From the IMG/VR virus record IMGVR_UViG_3300025679_000005: DNA of 64,000 nucleotides. One strand, written 5' to 3'. Both the position numbers and the translations under genes were made by a program. Under the pieces are notes generated by a model, which was not told where the DNA came from, searched no databases, and saw only the letters and a program-made list of their open reading frames with translations. Positions 48,783 to 57,367 of this stretch are shown piece after piece (position 1 is the first letter of the stretch; every line of letters begins with the position of its first letter). This DNA is from a virus. Lineage: Duplodnaviria > Caudoviricetes.

Positions 48783-48819
48783 CCTTAACTTTACGGGGTC
48801 AGGTTCCGTTCTACTGAGC
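48783..48819 (+). promoter_or_regulatory. Repeated promoter-like motif (N17 spacer)
   Basis: CCTTAACTTTACGGGGTCAGGTTCCGTTCTACTGAGC then ATG 48820. Confidence 0.75.
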
Positions 48820-49125
48820 ATGACCTCCCACGTTGTTGAACTAAACGCCGTTACCAACTCTGGCTTGCCTTATAGTGACGGATCCGGCGCTCCTGCCAAC
48901 GTCACTGTAATCTGCGGCAAATTCCTCTTCCGATTCGCCGTGGACTTCATCCTCGAAGCGAAACCCCGCCTTGTGAATTACGACGCTACGAGGGGATCTT
49001 TGAGGTCTGATCGGCGTCAAGCTGAAGCTGCGGCCCAGGAGGCCTACCTCACGTGGCTGACCGCTCACGTAGGTTCGGATTGGTTTACAGTCAATCGCGA
49101 AATGTACTCAAAGGATCCCAGCTGA
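48820..49125 (+). CDS. Hypothetical protein
   Basis: Starts at the motif. Confidence 0.7.
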   Translation: MTSHVVELNAVTNSGLPYSDGSGAPANVTVICGKFLFRFAVDFILEAKPRLVNYDATRGSLRSDRRQAEAAAQEAYLTWLTAHVGSDWFTVNREMYSKDPS

Positions 49126-49337
49126 TGTCCCTTCGTATCAAGGCTGTAATCGCTTGCGACAAACTCGGCTGCAAGGTAGAGCAGGATCACGAGATCGAGA
49201 TCTCCTCTGAGGAGGTTGAGGCTAGACGCTTTCTTTCGGTGGCACACCGGGCGGACGCCTTGCCTGAGGGTTGGTCATACTACAGCAGTTACGGCGCCTC
49301 TGAAGTCCGCTGTCCTGAACACACCGATCCGTTTTGC

Positions 49338-49373
49338 TCTTAACTTTCGGCTTCGGGATCCGTTCTATTGATC
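49338..49373 (+). promoter_or_regulatory. Repeated promoter-like motif
   Basis: TCTTAACTTTCGGCTTCGGGATCCGTTCTATTGATC then ATG 49374 (a 27-aa ORF coupled to ATG 49454). Confidence 0.75.
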
Positions 49374-49453
49374 ATGAACAAGCTAACCTCTCTCGCAGCC
49401 GAACTAACCCGTCTCCCCCAGTGTCTTCGCTATTGTTTTCACGAAAGAACCCA

Positions 49454-49762
49454 ATGAGCCGCTTCAGCAAAAACCTCGTTGACGAAACCCTTCAGAAGCG
49501 TCTTCAGAGCATCCAAGACACCTGGGGTTTTGACCCCAGGGTGGGTTATGCCCAAGTCGAGGCTGTCGCCACGGCACGACGCAGAGAGCTTCACGGGACC
49601 GATCAGGAGATCCTCCACGACGCTTTGATCGCGTACGGCGAATATTCTGCGTTGATGCAGGTAGCCGAAGACCTTGGCATCCAAGCATATCCTGACGTGT
49701 CAAATCAGGTGCCCATACGCATAAATAAAGCCTACATCCGGTACATGAAGGTTCCAGCATGA
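49454..49762 (+). CDS. Hypothetical protein
   Basis: ATGA coupling on both sides. Confidence 0.6.
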   Translation: MSRFSKNLVDETLQKRLQSIQDTWGFDPRVGYAQVEAVATARRRELHGTDQEILHDALIAYGEYSALMQVAEDLGIQAYPDVSNQVPIRINKAYIRYMKVPA

Positions 49763-50073
49763 ACTACCTCAGCCTAGGAAGTGCTCCCGTATCCGAATCC
49801 TGTGCTCAGCTTGGGGAGCCTGAGTACGAAGCCCGCGCAAGGGCTGAATGCCGGGCCCTCATTGGCCAATTGCAGCGTCTTTACGAGGCGAGGCATGGCC
49901 ACACTCTTCCTTGCCAGCTCTTCGTTAAAGGGCAGTTACACGACTTTGGGACATACTTCGAGGTTTCTGCCAAGTTCATTGAAGAGGCGGTCAGTCAGGA
50001 GGCTGTCTACTGGCTTGAGGCTCATTTGCCTGAGAATTGGGATGAAGAGGCCCTTCGCGAAATTCACGTCTGA
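49759..50073 (+). CDS. Hypothetical phage protein
   Basis: YLSLGSAP..E.CAQLG...HDFGTYFEV. Confidence 0.7.
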   Translation: MNYLSLGSAPVSESCAQLGEPEYEARARAECRALIGQLQRLYEARHGHTLPCQLFVKGQLHDFGTYFEVSAKFIEEAVSQEAVYWLEAHLPENWDEEALREIHV

Positions 50074-50074
50074 C

Positions 50075-50110
50075 CCTTAACTTATGGGTTCACGACCCGT
50101 TCTATGGATC
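50075..50110 (+). promoter_or_regulatory. Repeated promoter-like motif
   Basis: CCTTAACTTATGGGTTCACGACCCGTTCTATGGATC then ATG 50111. Confidence 0.7.
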
Positions 50111-50440
50111 ATGCCCAATCAAACCGCCCCCGAACGCATTATCGCTCTTTTCGAACACCTCTGGCCCAGCGAAATCTTTAGCATCCGTTCAGACGTAGGT
50201 AGTCAGACTGTCTCTCTCGTGATTTCCAGCAAGGACTTCCTGACGACTTATGCCAGGGTCCGCTTCGAACCCAAGAACTGGGCGGACGGAAACATCGCCA
50301 CCACCGGCTACAAGGTCGAGATCAGTTACGCCGCCTTCAACGGCTCGTTGGAGGACATGACTCCCAATCTCTTCGTCATCACCATGGTGAACGGCGTGAT
50401 CAAGGCAATGCAAGAGGTCTCTCTCATCAAGGGCGAGTAG
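50111..50440 (+). CDS. Hypothetical protein
   Basis: Start assigned by the motif. Confidence 0.7.
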   Translation: MPNQTAPERIIALFEHLWPSEIFSIRSDVGSQTVSLVISSKDFLTTYARVRFEPKNWADGNIATTGYKVEISYAAFNGSLEDMTPNLFVITMVNGVIKAMQEVSLIKGE

Positions 50441-51002
50441 TTTGCCCTTAACTTCTGACCCCGGGATCCGTTCTATTGATCATGGCACAAGCAAAACGAA
50501 TCGAAGCGGTCACGGTTACCCGAACCTGGTATGCACGTCGCCAAGCCGCTATCGGTCAGGCCAACGTCCTGACCACCCAGAAACAGCAGCAGCACAATGC
50601 TGTCAGAGATCCGCTGGGCGGACAGCTCTGGCGGTTAGAAAACGCTGTGACCAAGGAATTGGTCGACTCCGAAGGCGTCCCCCTCGAAGTCAATTCCCAA
50701 GGATACCCCGTCTCTCTCATCAAGGGCGAGTAGTTTGCCCTTAACTTCTGACCCCGGGATCCGTTCTATTGATCATGGCACAAGCAAAACGAATCGAAGC
50801 GGTCACGGTTACCCGAACCTGGTATGCACGTCGCCAAGCCGCTATCGGTCAGGCCAACGTCCTGACCACCCAGAAACAGCAGCAGCACAATGCTGTCAGA
50901 GATCCGCTGGGCGGACAGCTCTGGCGGTTAGAAAACGCTGTGACCAAGGAATTGGTCGACTCCGAAGGCGTCCCCCTCGAAGTCAATTCCCAAGGATACC
51001 CC
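50417..51002 (+). repeat. Exact 293-bp tandem duplication containing a promoter motif and gene (ATG 50482 and 50775)
   Basis: Units 50417-50709 and 50710-51002; GTCT microhomology at all three junctions. Confidence 0.95.
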
Positions 51003-51743
51003 GTCTAAAATGGCAACTACCAAGCACACGATCACACCCACCGTTTTAGAGCGTGAAGACGGTATGGCAATGCTTCGCCTCGCCAATGGCATGTGGGCCA
51101 TTCGAGCCCCGATCGCCGGCCAGGCTCGATTCTGGGACGGACTGTACTGGGTCGTATCGAGTCGCATCAATACGGCGTCAGGGATCTGGCCCCTTAGGTT
51201 CCAGTTTGAAGCCGTCAACGCTGCGGCCATCCTAGAGGTCTTGGAAGCTCCGTGAACAAGCCCAAACCAGTGTTCATCGACCCCCAAGAGGGTTTCCTAC
51301 TAAAGGGTGTCGACCACTAGTACTGCCCCTTTAGAATGGTAGATACCTTCATTGACCTAGAAACGTTGATCAAAATCAACGACGAGCTAGATATCGCTGG
51401 TCATCTGGTGACCTTCGATGAAGCCCTGGCATGGCTGCGGAAGGCCCCTCAAGCAGAGACCCTGGAGGACCTCGAAGGAGAAGACCCTCACGCCATTGAC
51501 CAATACCTCCGAACGGGCGGACCCAATGTTTGAGGGATCCTGCGGTGCGTATATCACCCGGACCGGCTCAGTCATTCCTGACGGTGAGCTGGCCTACTAC
51601 GCCCCCACGGTAGATTCTCAGCCAATGCCCGTGAAGGTAGAGGCGATCATCTTCTCGAACCCCGAGCACGTGACAGTAACCATCAAGGCTCCTTGGGGTT
51701 ATGAGACCCTAACCGGCCCACAAGCCAATCGACTGCTAGCGTC

Positions 51744-52388
51744 ATGAACCCCATCAGGATTCCGATCGGAACGCTGCCTTCACGAGAGCAGTTCGACATT
51801 GCCTTCATTGAAGTGACAGGACCCTCAAGGACTTTCGCCTTCAAAGGGATGTCCTTTTTTGCCGCCTTGCTCTGGATGACACTCATCGACCGGCTCAGCA
51901 TTTCCAACATGCCTGAAAAGCATGTCGAGCCGGCCGAAGCTCAGGCCGCTCGACTTTGGTGCTCAGAGGTTCTGACAGCTCTAGGCTTTAAATGGATCGA
52001 GTACGGAGACGAGCCCGACCCTCACAAGGAAGTGCTCGTGACCTTTCGCCTTCCGATCAATGCCGACAAGGAAGACGGTTACCGGTATCTCGAAATGTTG
52101 GTCTACGGGCCGATGAACTACGTCGGCGTCTACTGTCGCCAGACGTGGGACATCATCTCCTTGGATGACATGGACTTCGATGATGACGGTGATGGCTGTC
52201 CGAAGCCAGGCAAAGATTACGTCAAGACCACCACTGCCTGGGAACAGATCTGCTACCACGATTCTGGCTGGCGCACGGACGGAATCGATCGCATCATCCG
52301 GATGTACGAAGACCAGATCTTGGGCCTGAGAGGTCCCCGCTGGTATCAAGTGATTGACGCCCCGCAAGAAATCCAGTCTAAGTACTGA
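51744..52388 (+). CDS. Hypothetical protein
   Basis: 214-aa ORF in the plus-strand train. Confidence 0.65.
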   Translation: MNPIRIPIGTLPSREQFDIAFIEVTGPSRTFAFKGMSFFAALLWMTLIDRLSISNMPEKHVEPAEAQAARLWCSEVLTALGFKWIEYGDEPDPHKEVLVTFRLPINADKEDGYRYLEMLVYGPMNYVGVYCRQTWDIISLDDMDFDDDGDGCPKPGKDYVKTTTAWEQICYHDSGWRTDGIDRIIRMYEDQILGLRGPRWYQVIDAPQEIQSKY

Positions 52389-52934
52389 CCGGTGTATGAC
52401 CCCGAATGGTTCATCTGATTGTGGCATTCCTGGGGATCATCGTAGGTTACCGTCTAGGAGCTGGTAGGTGGATGTGGCAAAAGAAGAACTGAAGCCGTTT
52501 CCGATAACAGCAAATCGGGAAGGTACCGGAGAAGTGCGTGTGAGCTTCCCAGGAGGCTCTGTGCTGCTTTGCGCCCATGGGGCTAGGGCATTGGCCCATG
52601 AAATCGAACAGGCCGCTGTGGGGCAGTATTGTGACGGCTACAGGCATGGTGATGAGTCGACCATGTACATCGGCTTCAAGGCGGAGTCATGATCGAAGCA
52701 GGGCAGCTCTACCAGGACCTTCGCAAAAGGCATGCCTGGAGGCAAGTACTGGTGATTGGGCGCCCCTTCAAAGGCGAGAAGCTTCTGTGTACTGTGTTCT
52801 CAGTGGCTACGAATCAGCCCATTGGCAGAGCCCTCAGGATCCCCGTTGAGGTACTGAGTGACCCAACACGGTACAAGCTCATTGAACGGAAGTCTTCGAC
52901 CAAGAAGTCGGTTTCTGAGCATCCGCAAGGCTCC

Positions 52935-52970
52935 CCTTAACTTCCTCGAAGCGGCTCCGTTCTACTGAGC
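52935..52970 (+). promoter_or_regulatory. Repeated promoter-like motif
   Basis: CCTTAACTTCCTCGAAGCGGCTCCGTTCTACTGAGC then ATG 52971. Confidence 0.75.
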
Positions 52971-53747
52971 ATGGACAACAGGCACCCCTTCGAAAAAGCT
53001 CTCCTCGGCAAAGCGCCATTCCGTTGCGTTCGTGTCGAGGAAATAGTCCACACCTCTGCGGACGGACACACCCGTGCCGGCACCAGCTGTGACTTCTGTT
53101 TCACGAGCATCCGCTGGGCCTTCTTCATCAACTCGGCCGACGGCAAGGAATTCAAGGTCGGTTGCGATTGCGTCGCCAAGACCCACGACTCCGGCCTCAA
53201 GTCCGAGGTTTCCAAAGCCCGCCGTGAGTTCAAGGCTGAGACCAAGCGGACTGCCTTGCGAGTGGCTGCTAAGGAGCGGGCAGCACAGTTCCTGGCCAAG
53301 CATACTGGCCTGGAAACGGCCCTCAAGGTCGAGCACCCTATCATCCGTGACATTGGCAGCAAGCTGCTCCAGTACGGCTCCTTGAGCCTGCGTCAGGTGG
53401 CCTTCGTGTTCTCCCTAGCCGAAAAGGCTGAGCTGGCGGAACTGGACATTGTGGGCTGTGCCCAACCTCCAGTCCTTGACGTGCCCTCCTTCGAGGACCG
53501 TGTTCAACTCGTGGTCAAGGTCTTGTCCACGCGACTGGATGAGGGGCGTTTCGGCACCACCTTGAAGGCCCTCTACCAGGTGCGTACCCCCGAAGGCTGT
53601 TGGAAGGCCTGGGGCACTCTCCCCAGCGGGATCCGCGGGGAGGTCAAGGGCAACACCTACACGATCAAGACCCGTGTGGTACCCTCGAAGGAAGACCCCA
53701 AGTTCGGGTTCTTCAATCGTCCTACGGTTGTTCAGCTCAATAGCTGA
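52971..53747 (+). CDS. Phage protein with N-terminal Zn-binding motif
   Basis: CDFCFTSIRW...FKVGCDCV; beta-rich C-terminus. Confidence 0.75.
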   Translation: MDNRHPFEKALLGKAPFRCVRVEEIVHTSADGHTRAGTSCDFCFTSIRWAFFINSADGKEFKVGCDCVAKTHDSGLKSEVSKARREFKAETKRTALRVAAKERAAQFLAKHTGLETALKVEHPIIRDIGSKLLQYGSLSLRQVAFVFSLAEKAELAELDIVGCAQPPVLDVPSFEDRVQLVVKVLSTRLDEGRFGTTLKALYQVRTPEGCWKAWGTLPSGIRGEVKGNTYTIKTRVVPSKEDPKFGFFNRPTVVQLNS

Positions 53748-54270
53748 TCAGGTATGTCTTTGGAACGGAGTCTGTTAGCCAGACTCCGTTCGTCGAGAGA
53801 TAGAACTTGTACCCGTCCGCGTGCATGACACCCGCTTGCACGGTCAGAATAATGGCCGGGCGACGCCTATTGGCCACGATCAGGGCTGTAGCCAAATCCG
53901 CTGACAAGTGCACGTGGTGCCGGGCCATTTTCTGGAGCCCACCCGATTCAAAGACAGCTTCCACGAATCGGGTGGAGGTACCATGATATAGAGTCTCCGG
54001 AGGTTCCCGCTCTTCGTACCCCAGGCCGACTTCCACCGAATGCCCCTGAGAAGCTCGAATTCGAGTCTTGTCCTCGTTGAACTCGAAGCGCTTCTTGTCG
54101 TTGTCGGCAACGACATCTTCGAGGTCTTGCCTGGACATGTAGGTGACGACGCCCAGTAATGCGGCGACATCGAGCCAACCCGCCTCGTCCAGGGTCAACC
54201 CGAAACCCCCCGGGTCATGTCGGAGGATCCGGCTGAGCAACTTGCTTCGTTTGACCTGTAGCTTGATCAT
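53737..54270 (-). CDS. kptA: RNA 2'-phosphotransferase (KptA/Tpt1)
   Basis: SKLLSRILRHDP, DKKRF, IRASQGHS, LYHGT, HHVHLS, YLSTNGVWLT. Confidence 0.92.
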   Translation of the reverse strand: MIKLQVKRSKLLSRILRHDPGGFGLTLDEAGWLDVAALLGVVTYMSRQDLEDVVADNDKKRFEFNEDKTRIRASQGHSVEVGLGYEEREPPETLYHGTSTRFVEAVFESGGLQKMARHHVHLSADLATALIVANRRRPAIILTVQAGVMHADGYKFYLSTNGVWLTDSVPKTYLISY

Positions 54271-54273
54271 GGC

Positions 54274-54678
54274 GTGCCTTGCACTATTCAACGCCTCAAT
54301 CGTAAAGGCGTCGAAGCTCCGCCCGACAACATCCCTACGGAAGGGGACAACATCAAAGCTGAGTTCAAGGAGCGCATCAAAGGCATGGCCACGGACCTCG
54401 TGAAGAAGCGGCAGGCCTTCTCCGAGATCATGGCCAAGAAAAACCTGACCAAGGCTGACCGCGAAGCAGCGGCCAAGACTTTGGACCAAGCTGTCCAAGA
54501 ACTGACTGCCAACGCCCCTTTCTTCCTGGAGATGTTCCAGGAGGCCACCGAGAAGGTCGTGCACACGGCCAAGGCCGAGGTCGCTGCCTTCATGGCCGTA
54601 GCTTCCCAGGAGCGTGGCGTAGCCTTGCCAGAGGGCGAGATTCCTTCTAGGCTCCTCCCCTTGGGTGCCACCGAATAA
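54274..54678 (+). CDS. Helical hypothetical protein (start uncertain)
   Basis: Strong codon bias in the 3' part. Confidence 0.5.
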   Translation: MPCTIQRLNRKGVEAPPDNIPTEGDNIKAEFKERIKGMATDLVKKRQAFSEIMAKKNLTKADREAAAKTLDQAVQELTANAPFFLEMFQEATEKVVHTAKAEVAAFMAVASQERGVALPEGEIPSRLLPLGATE

Positions 54679-55111
54679 GGCACTTTTTAGTAACTCTCTG
54701 TAATATGGTTGCTTCAGCTCCGCGGATTTTCACGTTAGGGAACGGTCGTAAATTTAGGGCTACCCCTGATTCAGGGTCCTACAACGGACTACAGCTGGAA
54801 GTCCGAGTCCCGTGGGGTTGGGAGACACTAAAGGCTCAAGATATGATAGACTTGGCCACGAAGGCTTTGGCTAGGCAGGCGATTGGCGCTCCGGTCAAGG
54901 ACTTCAGGTGGAGCTTAGATGATCGCTATACCGACCCAGGTTGAGACACTCCTGGAGGTCCTGTTCTTTCTTTCCGTGCTGATGTCGGCCACTCTACTAT
55001 TTCACGCCCCTCGCTGATTTTTTCGAAAACGGGCTAGAAGTCGGTGTAGCAATGGACAGCCGGTCGATGTGCAGGTACCCCCCTCCCTGCTGCTTCCGGC
55101 GCCTACTAAGT

Positions 55112-55233
55112 CCCCTGGCGTGTCGCGCTTTCCCCTCAAGCAGTCCACGCCAGGGGCAATTCTCTCTCTGATTCAGCCCACGAACACGTGACTACGGTTT
55201 GGACGCTGTACCCATGTCGTGGGCTGAATCAGA
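55112..55233. ncRNA. Two long intergenic hairpins, candidate structured RNA
   Basis: 11-bp IR at 55112-55122/55146-55156 and a perfect 17-bp IR at 55167-55183/55217-55233. Confidence 0.45.
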
Positions 55234-55237
55234 AAGA

Positions 55238-55273
55238 GCTTAACTTCTTCGGGGCGTGTCCGTTCTACTGATC
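55238..55273 (+). promoter_or_regulatory. Repeated promoter-like motif
   Basis: GCTTAACTTCTTCGGGGCGTGTCCGTTCTACTGATC then ATG 55274. Confidence 0.75.
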
Positions 55274-55873
55274 ATGAACCGCGCCGAATTCTTCGCCATG
55301 CTGGAGCCTTTCCTGGCCCCGTCCACTTTGCTCGATGTCCAGGTGGCCTACACCTTCGCCAAGTTCGGCCATCGGGCCCAGGTCCGCAAGGAGACGGATG
55401 CGGACGGAAAGCCCGTCCGCTACTTCGAACACGTTCGCCGGGTAGCGATCAACGTGGTCCAAGACGCCAAGATCGTCCTCCCGGAGTTGGTTATCGCCGC
55501 CCTCATCCACGATGGGCTGGAGGACACCCGGGACATCACCCCGGAGATGACAGAGCACCTGTTCGGCAAAGAGGTGGCCATGATCGTGAAGACCCTCTCT
55601 AAGTGCCCTGAAGAGGGCTATCTCGAACGGTTCCACATGTGCACGGACTGGCGGGCCTATGTGGTCAAAGCCTGCGACCGCCTCGACAATCTGCGTTCTC
55701 TGAGCCAGGCCTCCCCTGAATTCCAGGCCAAGCAGATCAAGGAGACAAGGGCCAAATATTACGACCTGTTCGACAAGATGATCGTGTTGACCCCTCCAGA
55801 GTACAGGGCTCGTACTCAATCCCTACGGGACGCCATCATCAAGCAGACCGAAGGGCATCGGATCAGTCCTTAA
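55274..55873 (+). CDS. HD-domain hydrolase (SpoT/Mesh1-like, small alarmone hydrolase type)
   Basis: YFEHVRRVA, AALIHDGLEDT, VKACDRLDNLR. Confidence 0.85.
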   Translation: MNRAEFFAMLEPFLAPSTLLDVQVAYTFAKFGHRAQVRKETDADGKPVRYFEHVRRVAINVVQDAKIVLPELVIAALIHDGLEDTRDITPEMTEHLFGKEVAMIVKTLSKCPEEGYLERFHMCTDWRAYVVKACDRLDNLRSLSQASPEFQAKQIKETRAKYYDLFDKMIVLTPPEYRARTQSLRDAIIKQTEGHRISP

Positions 55874-55903
55874 TTTTCTGGGCCCTGCTCCGTTAGAACA
55901 GAC

Positions 55904-56383
55904 ATGAACCGACCCACTTACAACGGCTCGACCGTCACCACGCCTGAAGCGGCCATGTTGATCCAACTCTTGGGAGCACAGACCTACCGGGATCTCGCCC
56001 TGACCACGGATCAGATGAGAGCCATCCAGAAGCTCTATGGCTTCGTGCCGGAGAAGCCGAACAAGAAGCCTGAGGCTCCCGTCAAGCCCGAGCGTGCGGA
56101 CCTTGACACTCTCTGGAAGTACGAAGATGCCATGAAGGCGTATGAGAAGGCGGTCCGTTCCCACGAGAAATGGGAAGATCCCATCAAGCTCATGCAAGCG
56201 GGGGCAGATCATAACGCCCTACGTCACGCACAATCCGACGGGCTTCGTGTCATCGCCTGGCTAGCCCAGTACGTTCCTGCCGGAGAAGACCCTCTCAAAC
56301 ACGTGATCCAGCTTGCTGCCGAAGCGGGCATGGACGTGAGCTGCGAGGAACTGGAGTGGGCTAACTCCGACCCTACAGACTGA
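55904..56383 (+). CDS. Hypothetical protein
   Basis: Starts 34 nt after a TTAAT-N16-CGTT variant motif. Confidence 0.7.
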   Translation: MNRPTYNGSTVTTPEAAMLIQLLGAQTYRDLALTTDQMRAIQKLYGFVPEKPNKKPEAPVKPERADLDTLWKYEDAMKAYEKAVRSHEKWEDPIKLMQAGADHNALRHAQSDGLRVIAWLAQYVPAGEDPLKHVIQLAAEAGMDVSCEELEWANSDPTD

Positions 56384-56936
56384 CTGCAACGCTGAACCTG
56401 GGGTCAGCGTATCCGGTACCGTAGACCCAGACCCAATCTCTGTGGCGCCGGATACCGTAGCTACCGATTTCGACGCCCCTCAATTCGATGTCCAGGCCCG
56501 CCTCTGTGTGCCGGATATAGGCGTCCTCCCCGCCTTCAAGGGAGTGAAAGAAGTCGAGAGCGTGGCAGGCCATGTTCCCCAGAGCGGCGTGTACCCACCC
56601 GTCTTTGGAATCGGTCTTTCGGCACTCGATCAGCTCTACCTTGAAGAAGGTGTTCTGATGAAGCTCGTCCGGGGTGTCGTCTCTGAAACAAGGTGTGGCG
56701 GCCATTCGCTTACCAAAGTCTAGGGTGTCGTCGAGCATTTTCTGTATGAAAGCCTGCTCGGCAGAGCCCACAAGGGTTCCTTGATTGCCCATCCCCAGCG
56801 GTTTGGCTCCGGTTGGCAATGTCACCGCCACGGCTTCGGCACTGACAATCCAGGGTACTTCCACGTACCTGTATCCGTGGACTTGGTACATCTCGACAGC
56901 GCTGCCAACATTGACCCAGTTGATGCCGTGTTTCAT
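56373..56936 (-). CDS. Stand-alone class II aminoacyl-tRNA synthetase catalytic-core-like protein
   Basis: YVEVPWIV, LVGSAEQ, TPCFRDD...HQNTFFKVELI, EIGSYG, GTGYADPR; no anticodon-binding domain. Confidence 0.65.
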   Translation of the reverse strand: MKHGINWVNVGSAVEMYQVHGYRYVEVPWIVSAEAVAVTLPTGAKPLGMGNQGTLVGSAEQAFIQKMLDDTLDFGKRMAATPCFRDDTPDELHQNTFFKVELIECRKTDSKDGWVHAALGNMACHALDFFHSLEGGEDAYIRHTEAGLDIELRGVEIGSYGIRRHRDWVWVYGTGYADPRFSVAVSL

Positions 56937-57181
56937 TTGTGCTCTCCAGCCTCGAAGGCGCGGCGGGTGCCGGCTGCCATCTTGGCGACATCGACCATAG
57001 CCACCCCCAAAGTCTCAGCCACACCTTCGATAGCTCCGTATAAGTCGGCCAGCTCACAGAGGGCGAGGATGGGGTTGTCCTGCTCCAAAGCTTCGGCTAG
57101 CTCATCCAGCTCCTCAGCAATTTTTGAGGGGGACCCGTAGACTCCTCGAACCTTGATCGGGCGTAGGTGGTAGCTGCTCAT
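56933..57181 (-). CDS. MazG-like small helical protein
   Basis: KIAEELDEL...LCELADLYGAIE (ExxE...ExxD). Confidence 0.55.
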   Translation of the reverse strand: MSSYHLRPIKVRGVYGSPSKIAEELDELAEALEQDNPILALCELADLYGAIEGVAETLGVAMVDVAKMAAGTRRAFEAGEHK

Positions 57182-57312
57182 TTTCTCCGAATCACTTTCC
57201 GCCGCTTTACTTTGCGGCGTTCAATGAGCGTGACCTCGATGTCGTAGTAGCGCCTATCCCGGCGGGTGCGGCGGATTTTTGGAGTTCTCTTGGGCTCTAC
57301 GGGGTCGGACAA
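57178..57312 (-). CDS. 44-aa highly basic protein (not in track)
   Basis: TTG 10 nt after GGTGTA; Arg/Lys-rich; TGA overlaps the next ATG. Confidence 0.45.
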   Translation of the reverse strand: MSDPVEPKRTPKIRRTRRDRRYYDIEVTLIERRKVKRRKVIRRK

Positions 57313-57367
57313 GTGCTAGGATATACACCGATGATCAAAATATCCCAAGACCCCGCGTCTCAAGGAG

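Noticed and set aside
54705-54944. C-terminus WSLDDRYTDPG as a twelfth tag
   Set aside because: It lacks the R-L core and the terminal hydrophobic pair; too weak to count.
23214-55273. The repeated TTAAC...CCGTTCTA motif as a CRISPR array or integron attC sites
   Set aside because: Copies are dispersed, non-palindromic, have a variable core and are fixed relative to start codons; no integrase is present.
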